Origin: Octopus sinensis
Lineage: Eukaryota
Reading direction: 5' to 3'
Assembly: GCF_006345805.1 (NCBI RefSeq)
Contig: NC_042998.1
Location: 110,918,001 to 110,982,000, forward strand
Length of the DNA: 64,000 nt
In this document: positions 49,990-63,789 of the stretch, one piece after another
Numbering within the stretch: the first letter of the stretch is position 1
Layout: every line of letters starts with the position of its first letter
Notes under the pieces: generated by a model
Seen by the model: only the letters and a program-made list of their open reading frames with translations
Databases searched by the model: none
Told to the model about the DNA's origin: nothing
Program-made: the position numbers and the translations under genes

Positions 49990-51880
49990 GTTGGCAAAAA
50001 TTTATAGGCCCGCTGCTTGCCTAAACGTGTAAAAACTCTATTCAAACTGCTTCAACCAATTCGTCCAAAATCAATGTGAATTCAACAACATAGTGATTGA
50101 TGAGCAGGCCAGTGGGACAAAGCTGTACTGTCTAAAGTGAAAAGAACATCATTTTGTAACAGTATATCTTGATTATCGAAAGGTATTTGATTCTATTACC
50201 CACTAATAGCTGCTGAAGTGTCTACATTTGGTAAAAGTGCCTGCTACCTTAATTGCTGTTTTCGAGACTATCGTCTCCAATGTCATAAATATTTCAAAGA
50301 AACTATTTCAAGGAGATAATATTTCTGTAAACCTGTTCATTTTCGCACTAAATCCATTGTCATTCCTTCCACAACATTCAAATGCCTACGTGGTTAGGTT
50401 TTGCAACTGCTAACGCTATTAACGTCATTCATAACTTGTTTGTGAATGACCTCAAGATTTATGATAAAAATGTTAAGAATGCCAAAAAGCCACAGGAGTT
50501 AATAACATATTCAGTGGATATACGAAAGGAATTTGTACAAAAGAAATGTTCATCTTTTATGGTTGAACGACGAAAATCAATCTCGTAGATCCAAAACCTG
50601 TGCCTCAATACCCTCGCTATACTTCCAATCCCACATAAATAATGCTATAGGTACCTAACCATTGATGAAAACATATCATAGGTAGGTAATGTAAATAAAG
50701 GTAGAGTAGCCCGAGAATATGGGTATATTTAGAAAAAGATGGCAATTTGAACTCATCTCGTACACGACAATATCCCAGAATGCATCTGCGGTACCAATAT
50801 GCTGATTCCAACATTTGGGATACGTGAATGATCTGTAGAAGAAATCCTTGGATGTCAAACCTAGCAAGATACTGATCTCAACTGGAAATCTCAACAAAAA
50901 TAGTAATATAAACAGACTAGACCTGAGAAGAGATAAAGCAGATAGAGGCTTGAAATCAGTGCATATAACATACGAATGCTGTATAGTCACTCTCAGAAAA
51001 CACATGCAAAACAACAGCAGCAAAAATAATTACGTTAAAATTGTCGAAAAGTAAAGAGAACGATATCGTGTGTGTCAGCAGCGAGATCCCCAGGAAGAAT
51101 TCCATTCCTGATGATCTTGCATACATTCCCAAAATAGCCGGACTAACATACCATAAGGAAAACTCGGATGCGAAACGTTCATCATACCAAAAATGACCAC
51201 GCATGAGTATGTTTCCCAACAACTTTAAAAAAATACAGTTGCATCAACATAAATCGAAGCCTTGCTTGGAATAATGACCGCTAGATCACATCATATTTTG
51301 AAGGCTATGCAGTACCTAGTAGACAAAAGAGAAGTAAAGCATTTGGCACTCTAAAATGCAACCGAAATGTAGATTATATCATATTTCTGTCGAAGACATC
51401 GCACCCAGAACTGTCAGCAAGATGCTACATCCCTCTGCGATACGACGTCGTTGCAAAATCAATATGCAATGCTATTTGGAAAAAAAGACTGCCTTGGAAT
51501 AATTATTGAGAATCCTCCTGTCAATGATTACATACACAAACATCAATACAAGGAATACTGGTGGAACATTTCCATCAGAATATCTGTCACGTATGAGAGG
51601 CCGGATATTGGACGACCAATAAAAAAGTATGTTCCGTCATAAAGGTCAGCCGTCCTGCTGTTATGAAAGAGAATAACTTTGGACAACTGCTTCGAAACAT
51701 GCAGCTTCTGTATCCAGATTATAAATCTGAATTTATAACAATATTCGTACACTTGGCTTTGAAAGTAGATGCCTCAATGACAATCTAGGCAGGCTAGGTC
51801 TTTCAGAAAACGAAATCAACCAACTTACTCGCACATTACAACTATAATCCTTAACTGGAACATTAAATATGTGCAAATAT
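49990..51880 (+). mobile_element. Degenerate RLE-type (R4/Dong- or NeSL-like) non-LTR retrotransposon
   Basis: YLDYRKVFDSITH; FQGDNISVNLFIFALNPLSF; LFVNDLKIY; INRLDLRRDKADRGLKSV; EYWWNISI..ERPDI; NFGQLLRNMQLLYPDYK. Confidence 0.8.
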
Positions 51881-52009
51881 TTTCGCAAGTTTGAAATGTT
51901 ATATTGATTTGTTAACTACATAACAACGATAGAGCTTCGTACCTTTGTTAGGAACCAGCTCCTTCGTCGAAAAAGGAGGTTAAATATTTAAAAAAAAAAA
52001 CAGAATATA

Positions 52010-52137
52010 TGTACGTACATACATACATACATATACATACAAGCATATATATATACATACATACAAACATACATACATACATACATACATGCATGCATAC
52101 ATACATACACACATGCATACATACATACATACATACA

Positions 52138-52170
<33 letters not shown>

Positions 52171-52190
52171 TCATACATACATACATAGAA
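52010..52190. repeat. (CATA)n microsatellite
   Basis: Directly visible. Confidence 0.95.
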
Positions 52191-53292
52191 CGTACGAGCA
52201 TTGCTTTTTTACATTTCTAGTATGCATTTGTGTGCATGTATTTTTCTGTTTCCTGTATTTTAATGTCCCAGCTCGCTTAATTTCCAATCTTTTTACGATA
52301 TAATTCACAATAATATATTGTAGAAGTCACACAGGTATAGAATAGAAAAATGAGAAGTAACGAATATGACTCATCAGAAAGAAGAAAAAAAGTAAATATG
52401 GAAACTAATACGCTTGTGAAAGAAGAATCAACTAATTATGAAGATTTAGAATTTAATTTTCCTCTATATAATTCTTTTTTTTTCTACGTTTATGAAAACA
52501 TTTTGAAAAGAATTTTCGAATCCAAACAATAGATATAATCATTTTGAATTATATAGGTCAATATAAATCGATGTAAGGTTGTGTGTCTATGCTCTTACAA
52601 CACAGATATACATATATATATATATATATATAGCTGTATGTATGCATATATGTATATAAGTATGTATGTAGGATTAGAAATATAAAATACTTGGTACGTT
52701 ATTATATAGTAGAAAAGTGAATAAAAAAAGAATAGAAATGGTTTTCTCATAATTTTTCGAATTTAGTAATTAGATCTTTATAAATTGCAGCTCTGTTGTG
52801 ATTTCTCGCATAAAAGTGGTTTTCAACATGATATTTTACAGTTTATTATTCACTGTGTAGGTAGGTCTCTTGAACTACTGGCATACAAACACACACACAT
52901 ATATCAGTGAGAATATTGACGCACACATTCGCACACACATATATACGCAAACACACATATACATGTATCAATGCACATATACACATACATACATATATAC
53001 ATACATATGCATACATATACATATGTGTGTGTATTAAAAAGAGGATAAAGAGAATTAAGTGGATCAAGAGTAAGAACTAAACTTTTGGTTGGTCATTTTC
53101 GGGCCAGATGGTACCATAACACCCTGTCAAGCACAATTACACATACCGATATAGACACACATATATACACAGAGTATGCACGCATACACACACATGTATA
53201 AATATGCGTGCATATATAGACACATACACATATATACATACTTATATACAGACATATACATGCATATATGTATGTGTGTATAATAAATATGT

Positions 53293-53337
<45 letters not shown>

Positions 53338-53459
53338 CATATATATATATAATACATATACACATCCATAAACATGCGCATATATATATACATGCATACA
53401 TATACACATCCATACGCACACACACACACACATATATACCCGGACATATTTCCCATCTT

Positions 53460-54240
53460 TTTAGGAATGGGTAGCCATAGCAAGACACACACCAGGCATT
53501 CCATCCATTTCCTAGCTCTAAGACGCGAGCATCATTCTATGTTCGGGCCAAGGCAGAGAACGCAACCCCCAATATCAGCAGCGGGGCCCGCTAATCATAT
53601 GCTGGTTAACCCCCGCAGCATTATGCTGGCTACGTATTCCTTTGAGCAACATCAAATTGACTCATCCGTCCACAAATACTCTCCAAGCATTCCTATCCTT
53701 TATATACTCTCTTGCCTCTCTCACTACAAGACCGCTAACCTAACCACGAAAGCTTTCCTCACACCATCCATCCACGTAAACAGAGGTCTGCCTCTGGTTC
53801 TACTGCCTACCACTTCAGCCTTCATTATCTACCCCTCAGCCATCCTCTCCATGTAGCCAAACGACTCCAACATTCCTCTATCCATTTTCATTGTTAGTTT
53901 TTCTCTCATTCCTGCTCACCATCGCACCTCCTCATTCCTCATCCTCTCCATCCATATCACACCACCCATAGCCCTCAAACATCAGATCTCAAACACAACT
54001 AGTCTTCTCCTTTCCGCCTCTCTCAGGCCTCACGTATCTGCGCTATATATCATTGTCGGCACAATCATGCCCTCATACAAACCTCTTTTCGCTGACATAC
54101 TCAACATTTTATCTCTCAGCATACCTTTCACAACTCCAAATATCTTTCTCCCCTCCCTCATTTTATATCTCACTTCCTCAACCAAACCTCACCTCCATCC
54201 GCTGTCGCTTGTATATACATCACACCTAACACCCTATGCA
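53460..54240 (-). mobile_element. RTE-clade LINE 3' fragment
   Basis: AKRGLYEGMIVPTMIYSADT*GLREAERRRLVVFEI*CLRAM..RMRNEEVR..RTRGRPLFTWMDGVRK. Confidence 0.85.
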
Positions 54241-54272
54241 GAGTGTTAGGTGCGATGTACAGAATTGAAGGG

Positions 54273-54718
<446 letters not shown>

Positions 54719-54719
54719 G

Positions 54720-56270
54720 GTATACGCCTTTTCTACTTTTACCAGTTGTAGCATTTTTCCTGTGCGTTTGGCAATCACGCCATCTTCCCCACTCTGTTTC
54801 CGTTCTTATATACCCTCACAAACACATTTTCAACAACTTTGAAAATCTTGTTCTATTTTGCTTGCAATTTTTCTTGCTCCGTAGCAATTTGTCGAATACT
54901 GAATATATTTTCCTCGCAAATATCTGCTCTGCTGGTTACATATCTGCTGGTGCGATTGGATTTGCTGTCACATGGTATACACTTAAGAATTGTTCTAGAG
55001 CTACCTCATCCATGTTTTCCTTATTCGACTTTCTTTAAAGTTCACTTGAACGTATCGACAAAGCATCCTCCTTGTCCGTTACATCTGGGATGGTATGGCG
55101 CCGTAGTTATGCGTTTTACGGTAAACGTTTTACAGAACTTTTCAAATTCAAAAGACACAAATTGCATTGAAGTGTCAGCCACTAGCACGTCTGACATGCC
55201 AAGTCTCGCAGACAGCTCATGTAAAATAATTGTCCAGTTCAGGTTGATTTTCTACACTTACAAATTTCTGGCTATTTAGAGAAACTATAAACTACCGCTA
55301 AGTAGTATGAACCGTTTAAAGGACCGGCAAAATCGATGTATAATCTCAAACCACACAACATCTACTTTTGGCCAAGTTTTATCGTCGTAATGTTGCTGCT
55401 AGAGCACATCCTCTACAGCCTTTCACTGAATTTTCAATTTCTCTATCCATTTTTGGCCAGTACAGGTAGCCAAGCATTAAAGCTTTCATCCTTGAAATTC
55501 TCGCAATATTTCATCGCTGAAATTCTCTCAACATTTTCTTTGGTAGTCTTTCATGTATCACTACTCTCTGTGCATACATCAGTACGCCATCACAAATTGA
55601 GCATAGATTCACGTCTTGGTTTCGTTTCGCATTAATCCTGTTCCTATTTACTTTTTCCTTGCCACAATGTTCTTTTCACTGTTTTTTATGAATTTGCTCT
55701 TTACCGCACTTTACTTTATATCTTCTAGTGTTACCGACAACACGCGTACTACATTCCACATTACATCTATTATTTCTCCTTCTGCTATTAAGCTGTGATT
55801 ACCGTATCTTCGAACGGCTCGCGGTGTTTCGGTATCAGTGTGGACAAACTATTCGCATACCCTAATGTTTTTGACGGTAAATATTCCATTTTGTAGTCAT
55901 AATTCAATAATGCAGTGTCCCATCGCTGTAGTCTATCTGCTGTGTGCGTTGCTATTCCTTTTTTAAAACAGTATATTGACAATAGTGGGTGATGATCCGT
56001 TTGTAGACAGAAACTTCCTCCCTGAATAAATCTATGGAATTTTTTCATACCGAATATGATTGCTAACACTTCTCTTTCTGACTATAGTTCCTTACAGCTG
56101 GTAATAAAGATCGTTACACATTGGCTATAGCCTTTTTACTGCCATCGTCATATTTGTGTAGAGGCACGGCTCCTAAACAGTAATCACTCGCATTTGTAGC
56201 GAATATAATATCCCGCTTTGGATCAACATGCATTAATGATAAGTCCGATGTTAAAATGCTACGTTCAGTG
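54720..56270 (-). mobile_element. Ty3/Gypsy LTR retrotransposon pol remnant (RNase H and integrase)
   Basis: LAIIFGMKKFHRF..LQTDHHPLLSI..RLQRW (RNase H); SRMKALMLGYLYWPKMDREIENSVKGCRGC (zinc-binding); IDFAGP; PYHPRCNGQ..FVDTFK (integrase core); stops and frameshifts; no LTRs found. Confidence 0.9.
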
Positions 56271-56472
56271 GTGCTAGCGATGTGGCCATGCCTATCTCTC
56301 TAATGCAAGGAAGAAAACTGTAGCGACCAGAGTCAAACCCCGATTACGTTACCACAGGAATTACATCTTTAAGCACTGTATTGCTAAATGCAGTGCGGCC
56401 AACGTAAAGAAAGTATAACTTTTGACTTTCCTTGTATACATACATACATACATACATACATACAAATGTGTG

Positions 56473-56516
<44 letters not shown>

Positions 56517-56800
56517 GTTCTATGTAACAGAATGCATTAAAGTGTTCTCTATGTACAGATAATCCAGTACGGGTAGGCATCTAAATGCATGTGGAACACC
56601 TAATGTTCAGTTCCAAATACATGCAATGGTGAAACGTACGTAGGAACTAATAATTTACCAAGTTGAGTTTGTTTTTTCTTCCCATATTTCAAGCTTTAAT
56701 TAATTGTTCAAAGAAGTTACATATGAAAAGCGTTGTCATCAGAATTCACCTTCTTACGGAGGTGTCGATTGATGATGCTTTGTGAAGGACCAAGTTCTGC

Positions 56801-57068
56801 CTAGAATGTAAGATTGTTTGTGCTTGGCTGTTCAACTTCACCAAACAAATCCCTATGTTCCACGACAGAATCTCTTGGTGGCATTTGTTTTACATCGAGT
56901 CTGAGTTCATCTTCCTGAAACAGCTGTACTACGTTTGTGTCACACGTTAGCTGACAGTTTTCCTGGGACTTCCTTAAATTTGTTTTGCCTCTCTCCTTGG
57001 TCTCTGTTCTGTTTTCCCCAGGCAGCAAAAATGGCTCCAATTGCATATCCGCCCACTTGCTATCAAAG
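56801..57068 (-). CDS. Probable terminal coding exon of an unidentified minus-strand gene (..FDSKWADMQLEPFLLPGE...QPSTNNLTF*)
   Basis: Strong acceptor ttgtctattctatattttacAG (57069-57070), 88 open codons in phase 2 ending at TAG 56801-56803, higher GC than the flanks, no TE motif recognised; ATTAAA about 100 nt downstream. Confidence 0.55.
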
Positions 57069-57247
57069 CTGTAAAATATAGAATAGACAATTAAAGTTTT
57101 ATATGTTAGATTTGAAAATGAAAAATATGTAATTCAATGACGACTAGACGAACTGTCACAAATTGACGATATAACAGTGAGAATTCGAAAATCTTTTGAC
57201 CCAACATATTATATTTGTGTTCATCTTTAATTTTCTCGTATTTATGA

Positions 57248-57289
<42 letters not shown>

Positions 57290-57303
<14 letters not shown>

Positions 57304-57667
57304 GGCAGTTTGTCTGTGCGTGTTTCTGTGTGTCTGTTTGCTTGTACCCTCACCCTGACCACGGCTTTCAACCGATTCTGATGAAACTTGACACACACAT
57401 AGCCCAATGTCATAATTCAAAACTAACGCAGCGAAAATTTTGAAAAGTTCCCCCAGTTCTGAAAAAAATCGATAAATTCGACATGGGGTCGAGAATCAGA
57501 AACACAAACCGCAAACTGTCTAGGGGACGCAACTCCACCTTTTTTAACTAAAAAAAAATTTACCATCATTTTTTTCCATTTTTTTGCTATTTTTTGGCTA
57601 TAACTCTCTAAAAATGCTTTATAGTTATTTCCCTTACAAACCTGAGCAACGCCGGGCGATACTGCTA

Positions 57668-57668
<1 letters not shown>
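57290..57668 (+). mobile_element. Non-autonomous Helitron
   Basis: 3' hairpin cctgagcaacgccggg followed by CTAG (57665-57668); internal ccgattctgatgaaactt; 5' end merges into (TA)n. Confidence 0.85.
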
Positions 57669-57719
<51 letters not shown>

Positions 57720-57869
57720 ATATACACATACGTACATATATATACATGTATGTGTGCATATGTGTGCATGTATATATATATATATATATATAAATGTCCC
57801 GTTATATGTGGGATCAACAAAATTAAAATCTACCCTTTAAATGATAAATATCATTTAACATACACGTTT

Positions 57870-58050
57870 AGGGCAGCGTGATAGCTAAATTGTTAGCACG
57901 TCGGGTGGCATTTCATCCTCCTTTGCGTCTCGATTTCGAAACCGCAGATGTCGATTTTACCTTTCATTCTTTCTGGCCGATAAAATAAGCAAAAATAGAA
58001 CACTGGGGCCAATGTAGTCGATTTACACCTTTCCCGAAATTTTGAAACCA
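57870..58050 (+). mobile_element. Degenerate SINE (family 2)
   Basis: gatgtcgattttacctttcattctttctggccgataaaataagc central domain; tail ...aaattttgaaacca. Confidence 0.7.
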
Positions 58051-58060
58051 ATACATGCAG

Positions 58061-58390
58061 TATTTTAAAATGAGCTACTAACTGTTCCATCCGGTAGAAA
58101 TATAATAACTTGGGAGATTCATATATAACATGGCATGAGGTCCAGTTACAGCTCTTCTCCCGGATAATTGTGATTTCTACAAGGAGGACGCACAGAATAT
58201 ATTTTAAACTTTTCTTTCTTAGTACATTTTTGCGTTGTACTGATGTATTCTCATATACGAGCGTCTTGGTTTTAACATAGATGTAACGGTATGCACAGAG
58301 CCCAAAACGTCGCTCGAAGACACACTGGAAGTTATATAAATCAGTCAAAATATTGAGAGTATGAAACTATTAGTTGCTCATTTTAAAGTA
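58061..58390. mobile_element. 330-bp MITE with 30-bp TIRs
   Basis: tattttaaaatgagctactaactgttccat vs atgaaactattagttgctcattttaaagta (25/30 complementary); TA at both ends. Confidence 0.6.
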
Positions 58391-58432
58391 TGTATGCATG
58401 TATCTATCTATCTATCTATCTATCTATATACA

Positions 58433-58493
<61 letters not shown>

Positions 58494-58496
58494 CCA

Positions 58497-58911
58497 CAAG
58501 CATTATAACCGGCGTTGCTCGGGTTTGTTCTTTAGTTGCGCTTGACAACGTTTTGACATAGTTTCAATCTCTTTTGGAAAGTAAAACTTTTGCATTATGT
58601 AGCTTGTTATTCTCTTGAAGTGAACATTTTTCTGGTTGAAATACACCGAAAAATGGCGACACACCAGTCAAAAAATCGTGAGAAAATAGGGGTTTTCATA
58701 GGAAAAAAGCACCTTTTTTATGTAAATAATTTTTGGCCTTAACATGGTCCGATTTGAATTTTTTCTTCTACGGAATGAAGAGCAAGCCTTCTTCTATCAT
58801 ACTCTCAATTTTGGTCAATTGCGTCGCAGGGTCTCGGAGGATATTGTGTTAGTTGAATGCTACCCAACCTGCAGCACAAACACACACACACAGTCAACTT
58901 CAGCTTTATAT
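58497..58911 (-). mobile_element. Non-autonomous Helitron (different internal family, same 3' hairpin)
   Basis: Minus-strand 3' end aaacccgagcaacgccggttataatgcttg is homologous to the 3' end of 57290-57668; CTAG degenerate. Confidence 0.72.
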
Positions 58912-58965
58912 GTTTGTATGTATATATATATATATAATAGAACAAGATGTACGTACGCCGCAATA

Positions 58966-59499
58966 ATATATGTATAAAATATATATAAAAATACAAAATG
59001 GGACAAGAATGCAAAACATTCAAATAGTCGATACAAAAAAACGGACGGGTCATTCGAAGCCTCTAATCTTCAGTCAAGAACCGGATCATCCTCACAATTT
59101 CGGCTAATTAATCATGAGATTCCTCCGATCTGGCCTGCCCCAAGGAAAAACTAAGCTTGGAAAAAAGGATCGAATGTATACGAAACAAGGACAGAAAAAC
59201 GGACGATGTTACACGAATATAAATACAAAAATCAAAAAGTTATATTCGTGTAACATCGTCCGTTTTTCTGTCCTTGTTTCGTATACATTCGATCCTTTTT
59301 CCAAGAAATCTAATGCTCGTAGCTTAGTTTTTCCTTGGGGCTGGCCAGATCGGAGCAATCCCAAGATTAATCAGCCGAAATTGCGAAGATGATCCGGTTC
59401 TTGACTGAAGATTATAGGCTTCGAAGGACCCTTCCTTTTTGTATCTTCTATTTGAATGTTTTGCGTTCTTGTCCCATTTAGTATTTTTATATATATTTT

Positions 59500-59508
<9 letters not shown>
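58966..59508. mobile_element. 543-bp palindromic (fold-back) repeat
   Basis: Arms complementary throughout; 59162-59222 is the exact reverse complement of 59240-59300; 17-nt spacer. Confidence 0.9.
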
Positions 59509-59558
<50 letters not shown>

Positions 59559-59565
<7 letters not shown>

Positions 59566-60050
59566 GGTGGTATGTTGTCATGTTGTCAACTTAATGTGAC
59601 AGTACCATGAAAGAGAATACTACTGCTATTTAGCCCTAGGAAGCACCGCTTCCTGTCGGCCATGATGCATTTTCTGTGTCCTTACGTTTACAAAGACAGA
59701 GATAAGCACCTCCACCCACCAAAGCCAGAAAACAGAGGCTAGTTTCTGAATCTTTGCCTGTCATCAGACTGGAGAAGCATTCACTTGAATTATATGTTTA
59801 CACAGGCAGGTAGGCATCGACAGCTAGAATGCCAAGCTACTCCAGACTAATGACGGGCAATGACTCAGAAACTAGTCTCTAGGTACTGGCTTTGCTGGAT
59901 GGAGGTTCTTATCTCCCCCTTTGTAAATATAAAGACATAGGAAATGCATCAAGGCCGACAAGAAGCGGTGCTCCCTAGGGCTAAATAGCAGTAGTATTCT
60001 TCCATTTCATGGGACTGTCACATGAAGTTGACAACATACTACCACTTTAT
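59559..60050. mobile_element. ~490-bp MITE with ~210-bp imperfect inverted arms
   Basis: ataaagtggtggtatgttgtca...gaatactactgctatttagccctagg.agcaccgcttc is inverted at both ends; no ORF. Confidence 0.85.
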
Positions 60051-60686
60051 CGTGTTACCCCTATATAACTCTCTTTGAGGGTATTAGAAATGTATTATTT
60101 CTATCTATCTATCTATCTATCTATATATCTATCTATATGTATTTATGTATAAATATAAATATTCCGGTACAGTGAATGATGAGCACAGATATTCTTGCTT
60201 TTTATGAAAATTTTCTGTGTGCGCATTGCGTTACGAACCAACGTGAGAAATTATTATGATCTATGAAATAAAAAGGGTGGTAGGATACGGGATGAGAAAG
60301 TAAGAGAGGAATAACAATACTTATCTGTTGATTTCTATAAAGATAGAAACGCATATTCTAGATTGTCCTTTGCCTTCGTTCGAAATCTGTGTCTTTCATT
60401 TTTAGCATGATAATTTGGCAGGAAACGTTTCCCTTTTTAAAAATTACTTCTTGTTATGTTTGTTGCTATTAATCACCGCTAATTTTTTGTTTATCCTTAA
60501 GGCAGTTGGTTGCTGTTTCAACCGAAATGGGAAGATAAACTCAAGAACTAAGAATTCCTCAAGACTGTCATATCATAAAGGAAATGATATTATGGTTGTT
60601 GGAGATAAGAGGACTACTGTGGACTCGCTTTTCTGCTTGAGTGTGCATCATCACAAACAGAAAAAGATTATGTTCATACAAGCGTG

Positions 60687-60751
60687 CATATATATATATA
60701 TACACACATACATATATATATATATATTATATATATATATATACATATATT

Positions 60752-60838
<87 letters not shown>

Positions 60839-60855
60839 GTTTACATACATACATA
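60687..60855. repeat. (TA)n-rich microsatellite
   Basis: Directly visible. Confidence 0.95.
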
Positions 60856-61699
60856 CAGAATCGAGACGCTTCTATAAAATATATATACCAACCAAATACC
60901 CAACTTATTTCGACGATTAAACAGCAGATTAAAAGATATATTACCGATGTCCGAAGATGTGGGTTGACTGATACCAGTACCATGTGGTTAGCAGAATGTA
61001 AAGAATATTTCTTTATCTATGTCTGATAAACATATTATCTATGTCTGATAAATATTTTAAACTCACATCACAAGAGAGCCATCATCTTGCACATTTCACG
61101 AGACCTTTCCTGTCTCAACCCCTGCATTTAATTATTGCAATATATTCATTTTCAAATAATTTTTGACATTATATGTCCCATCGAAACTTTTTAAACCAGA
61201 AATAAATCCAAAGCGAAACATTAAAAAATGTGCCATTATCTCATAAGTTTATGAAACTATCATATGGTGATGCAGAATTATTGCTGGCAGCTATAAAATA
61301 TTCCAAATCGATAAATATATATTATTAAGAAGGCCATGTGAAGACAACAGAATACATGAAGATAACAAATACTTGGTCTATTTCTGGAATATAACAATAA
61401 GATATTGTTTTTATCTCTAGTGAGGTGCATAAAATTTCTCAAGATTTGTTGATTATTATTTTTTTTTGTCTATAACGGTAGTAAATGAGTCAGTCAATAC
61501 TTTGCAGCGTAATATATTATAATTATGCCCACAAACACACACATGTACACACTCACGTACACACACACAACACACACACATGCACATACACATGTATATA
61601 CAGACACACACACATATTTATGTTGAGTTTTTAGATGAATTTGTTCGCTTTTTTTCATTTGTTTTAACATTTATTTTTTGTCCACAATTTTAACAAATC

Positions 61700-62290
61700 A
61701 GTTGATAACACTTTCTTGTTTATTGTTCCCGGCATTTTCACTTCCACGATGTTACTGAACGAAAACCTTGCAGACTCTTAGAAAGGGACCACAAGATGTA
61801 ATAATCTGAAGGCGTTATATCAGGATAATTCGCTTGCTGCGGAGGACTTGTGAACTGAGCTCCGGAATAGCATTTATAATCAAAGGACAGCAGACGCCGC
61901 AGCGTTATTTTGAAAGAGCACGTTGAATCGGCAGCTGGGTCGTTTATTCGAATTGCTATTCGAAGGGCCATGGTATCAGAAGAACATCTCATCAGGTTGA
62001 CTAAGTTCTTAATGGAATAAAGCGGATCTCGTGGATATGTTCATTCAAGAGATCTTCATTGAACTGAATATGTCGCCCGAAAAGCAAAGTATCTCTGATT
62101 TGGAATTTCCCCTCCCTGAAGCGCGAAAATCATTTGTGTGTAGTTCATTCAGTAACAGTGCCTTCACCGTGCACACCGCAAGTATTTGAGGGGTTCTTAC
62201 AGCTTTTGAGCCTTGATTGAAAGCGTCGTATGTCTGAAAAGCGGAAAAGAATTATCCAAATTTCCCTTTGTAGCAGAAAATTAGAAATAC
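61700..62290 (-). mobile_element. Internally deleted mariner remnant
   Basis: AFNQGSKA..VHGEGTVTE..FSRFREG (HTH) joined to YPDITPSDYYILWSLSKSLQG (cf. YSPDLAPSDY.LF.SL). Confidence 0.75.
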
Positions 62291-62303
62291 AGAAAATCAT
62301 AAA

Positions 62304-62579
62304 GTGGCCATGCTGGAGCACCGCCTTTAGTCGAGCAAATCGACCCCAGGACTTATTCTTTGTAAGCCTAGTACTTATTCTATCGCTCTCTCTTGCCGAA
62401 CCACTAAGTTACGAGGACATAAACACACCAGCATTGGTTGTCAAGCGATGTTGGTGGGGGAACAAACACAGACACACAAACCTATACATATACAGTTTCC
62501 GTCTGCCAAATCCACTCTCAAGCCTTTGGTCGGCCCGAGGTTATAGTAGAAGACACTTGCTCAAAGTGCCACGCAGTGG
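62304..62579 (-). mobile_element. Truncated tRNA-derived SINE (family 1)
   Basis: Same body as 44898-45334; tRNA head and extreme tail missing. Confidence 0.88.
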
Positions 62580-62588
62580 CATACATAC

Positions 62589-62643
<55 letters not shown>

Positions 62644-63789
62644 CGTACACACATATATACGCACACAAGCGCACACACGCGCACACACGCACATATATAC
62701 CCCGGTAAGTGCCTTCATGAAATTATAGTTTACTGTGCTAAAGAGTCACGTCACAAAGTGTTCTATCGGTCTCACTGGGAACTCATGTAAATCCACCTTC
62801 ATGCATGACGAAAAGAATATGCAACAACTGATTCGAAATTCCTTTCGATTATACATACACATTCATCAACAACTTCAATAATAAATTGTTTGTTACAAAA
62901 TCTGCCCCTGTTCATATTTACGATAACACGAATTTAACATCCTCACACATCAATACAGATTATTAAATTACGAATCAGATTTCATCTCCTTACTCTCCGA
63001 TCAAAGAACTCCCTTCAAGATTCGTCAAACTGCAAGCTGAATATTACTGTGCCTTGCTTCTAATGATCCCTGGATATGTTCAAATGTCTAACATTTGCAC
63101 CTACTCCTTACCTCCTTGCAGGCTAGTCCCTTCTATCTTCTCTGGCCCCTGCTCCCAAACATGCTCTATATCCCACGTTACAAGTTTCAACCTTTGCATG
63201 TTTTGTATACTGTACTCCAACTGTTCGCTAAGACCACGCTTCTTCAATTTTGCATTCCAGTTTAGACATTGCCTTCTTTACACTGTTATCTGGTATAGCA
63301 ATTTTTACTATTTTATTCGACAAATTATACTCCAGCATTGGACTCCCCTTATGCAACAAAACTATCGATCATGCAACCGACAGAGAGATAATTGTTCATG
63401 CCCTGGTCAATTAAATATTGCATAGCATTCACTAAATTTAAATCTTAATTCTATAATTAACTTCATTATCATTCATCAATATTTTTACACGCGACAAGGT
63501 GTGCACGTATGCGTTTGCACCTGTATACTTTTATCGAAGAATGCATGTTCACTAGTGTATTTGCGCGTTTATATACACTAACAGATGTGTATACCTAAGG
63601 ATATATATATATATATGTATATATATAATGTGTGTGAATGCATATATATATATATATATATATATGAATATTTCATTTCGTCGTATGTATGCATATGTAG
63701 AAATTCATAGAAGCTGAATTCTACCCTGCATGCGCCTAATCATATACATATATATGTTTATATATATATATACATATATATATATGTAG

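Noticed and set aside
59040-59430. ctgaaga...cgaa motifs in both arms of the large palindrome
   Set aside because: GAAA is not intact and there is no consistent helix II or III, so I did not call a ribozyme.
60415-61026. 203-aa plus-strand ORF, the longest in the track
   Set aside because: About a third is (TA)n read-through; the rest has no recognisable domain or convincing splice pair.
62930-63425. Non-repetitive stretch with a 123-aa plus ORF and a minus-strand GAG|GTAAGG donor
   Set aside because: Weak acceptor, phase does not join the 57068 exon, and it may be a decayed LINE; unsupported either way.
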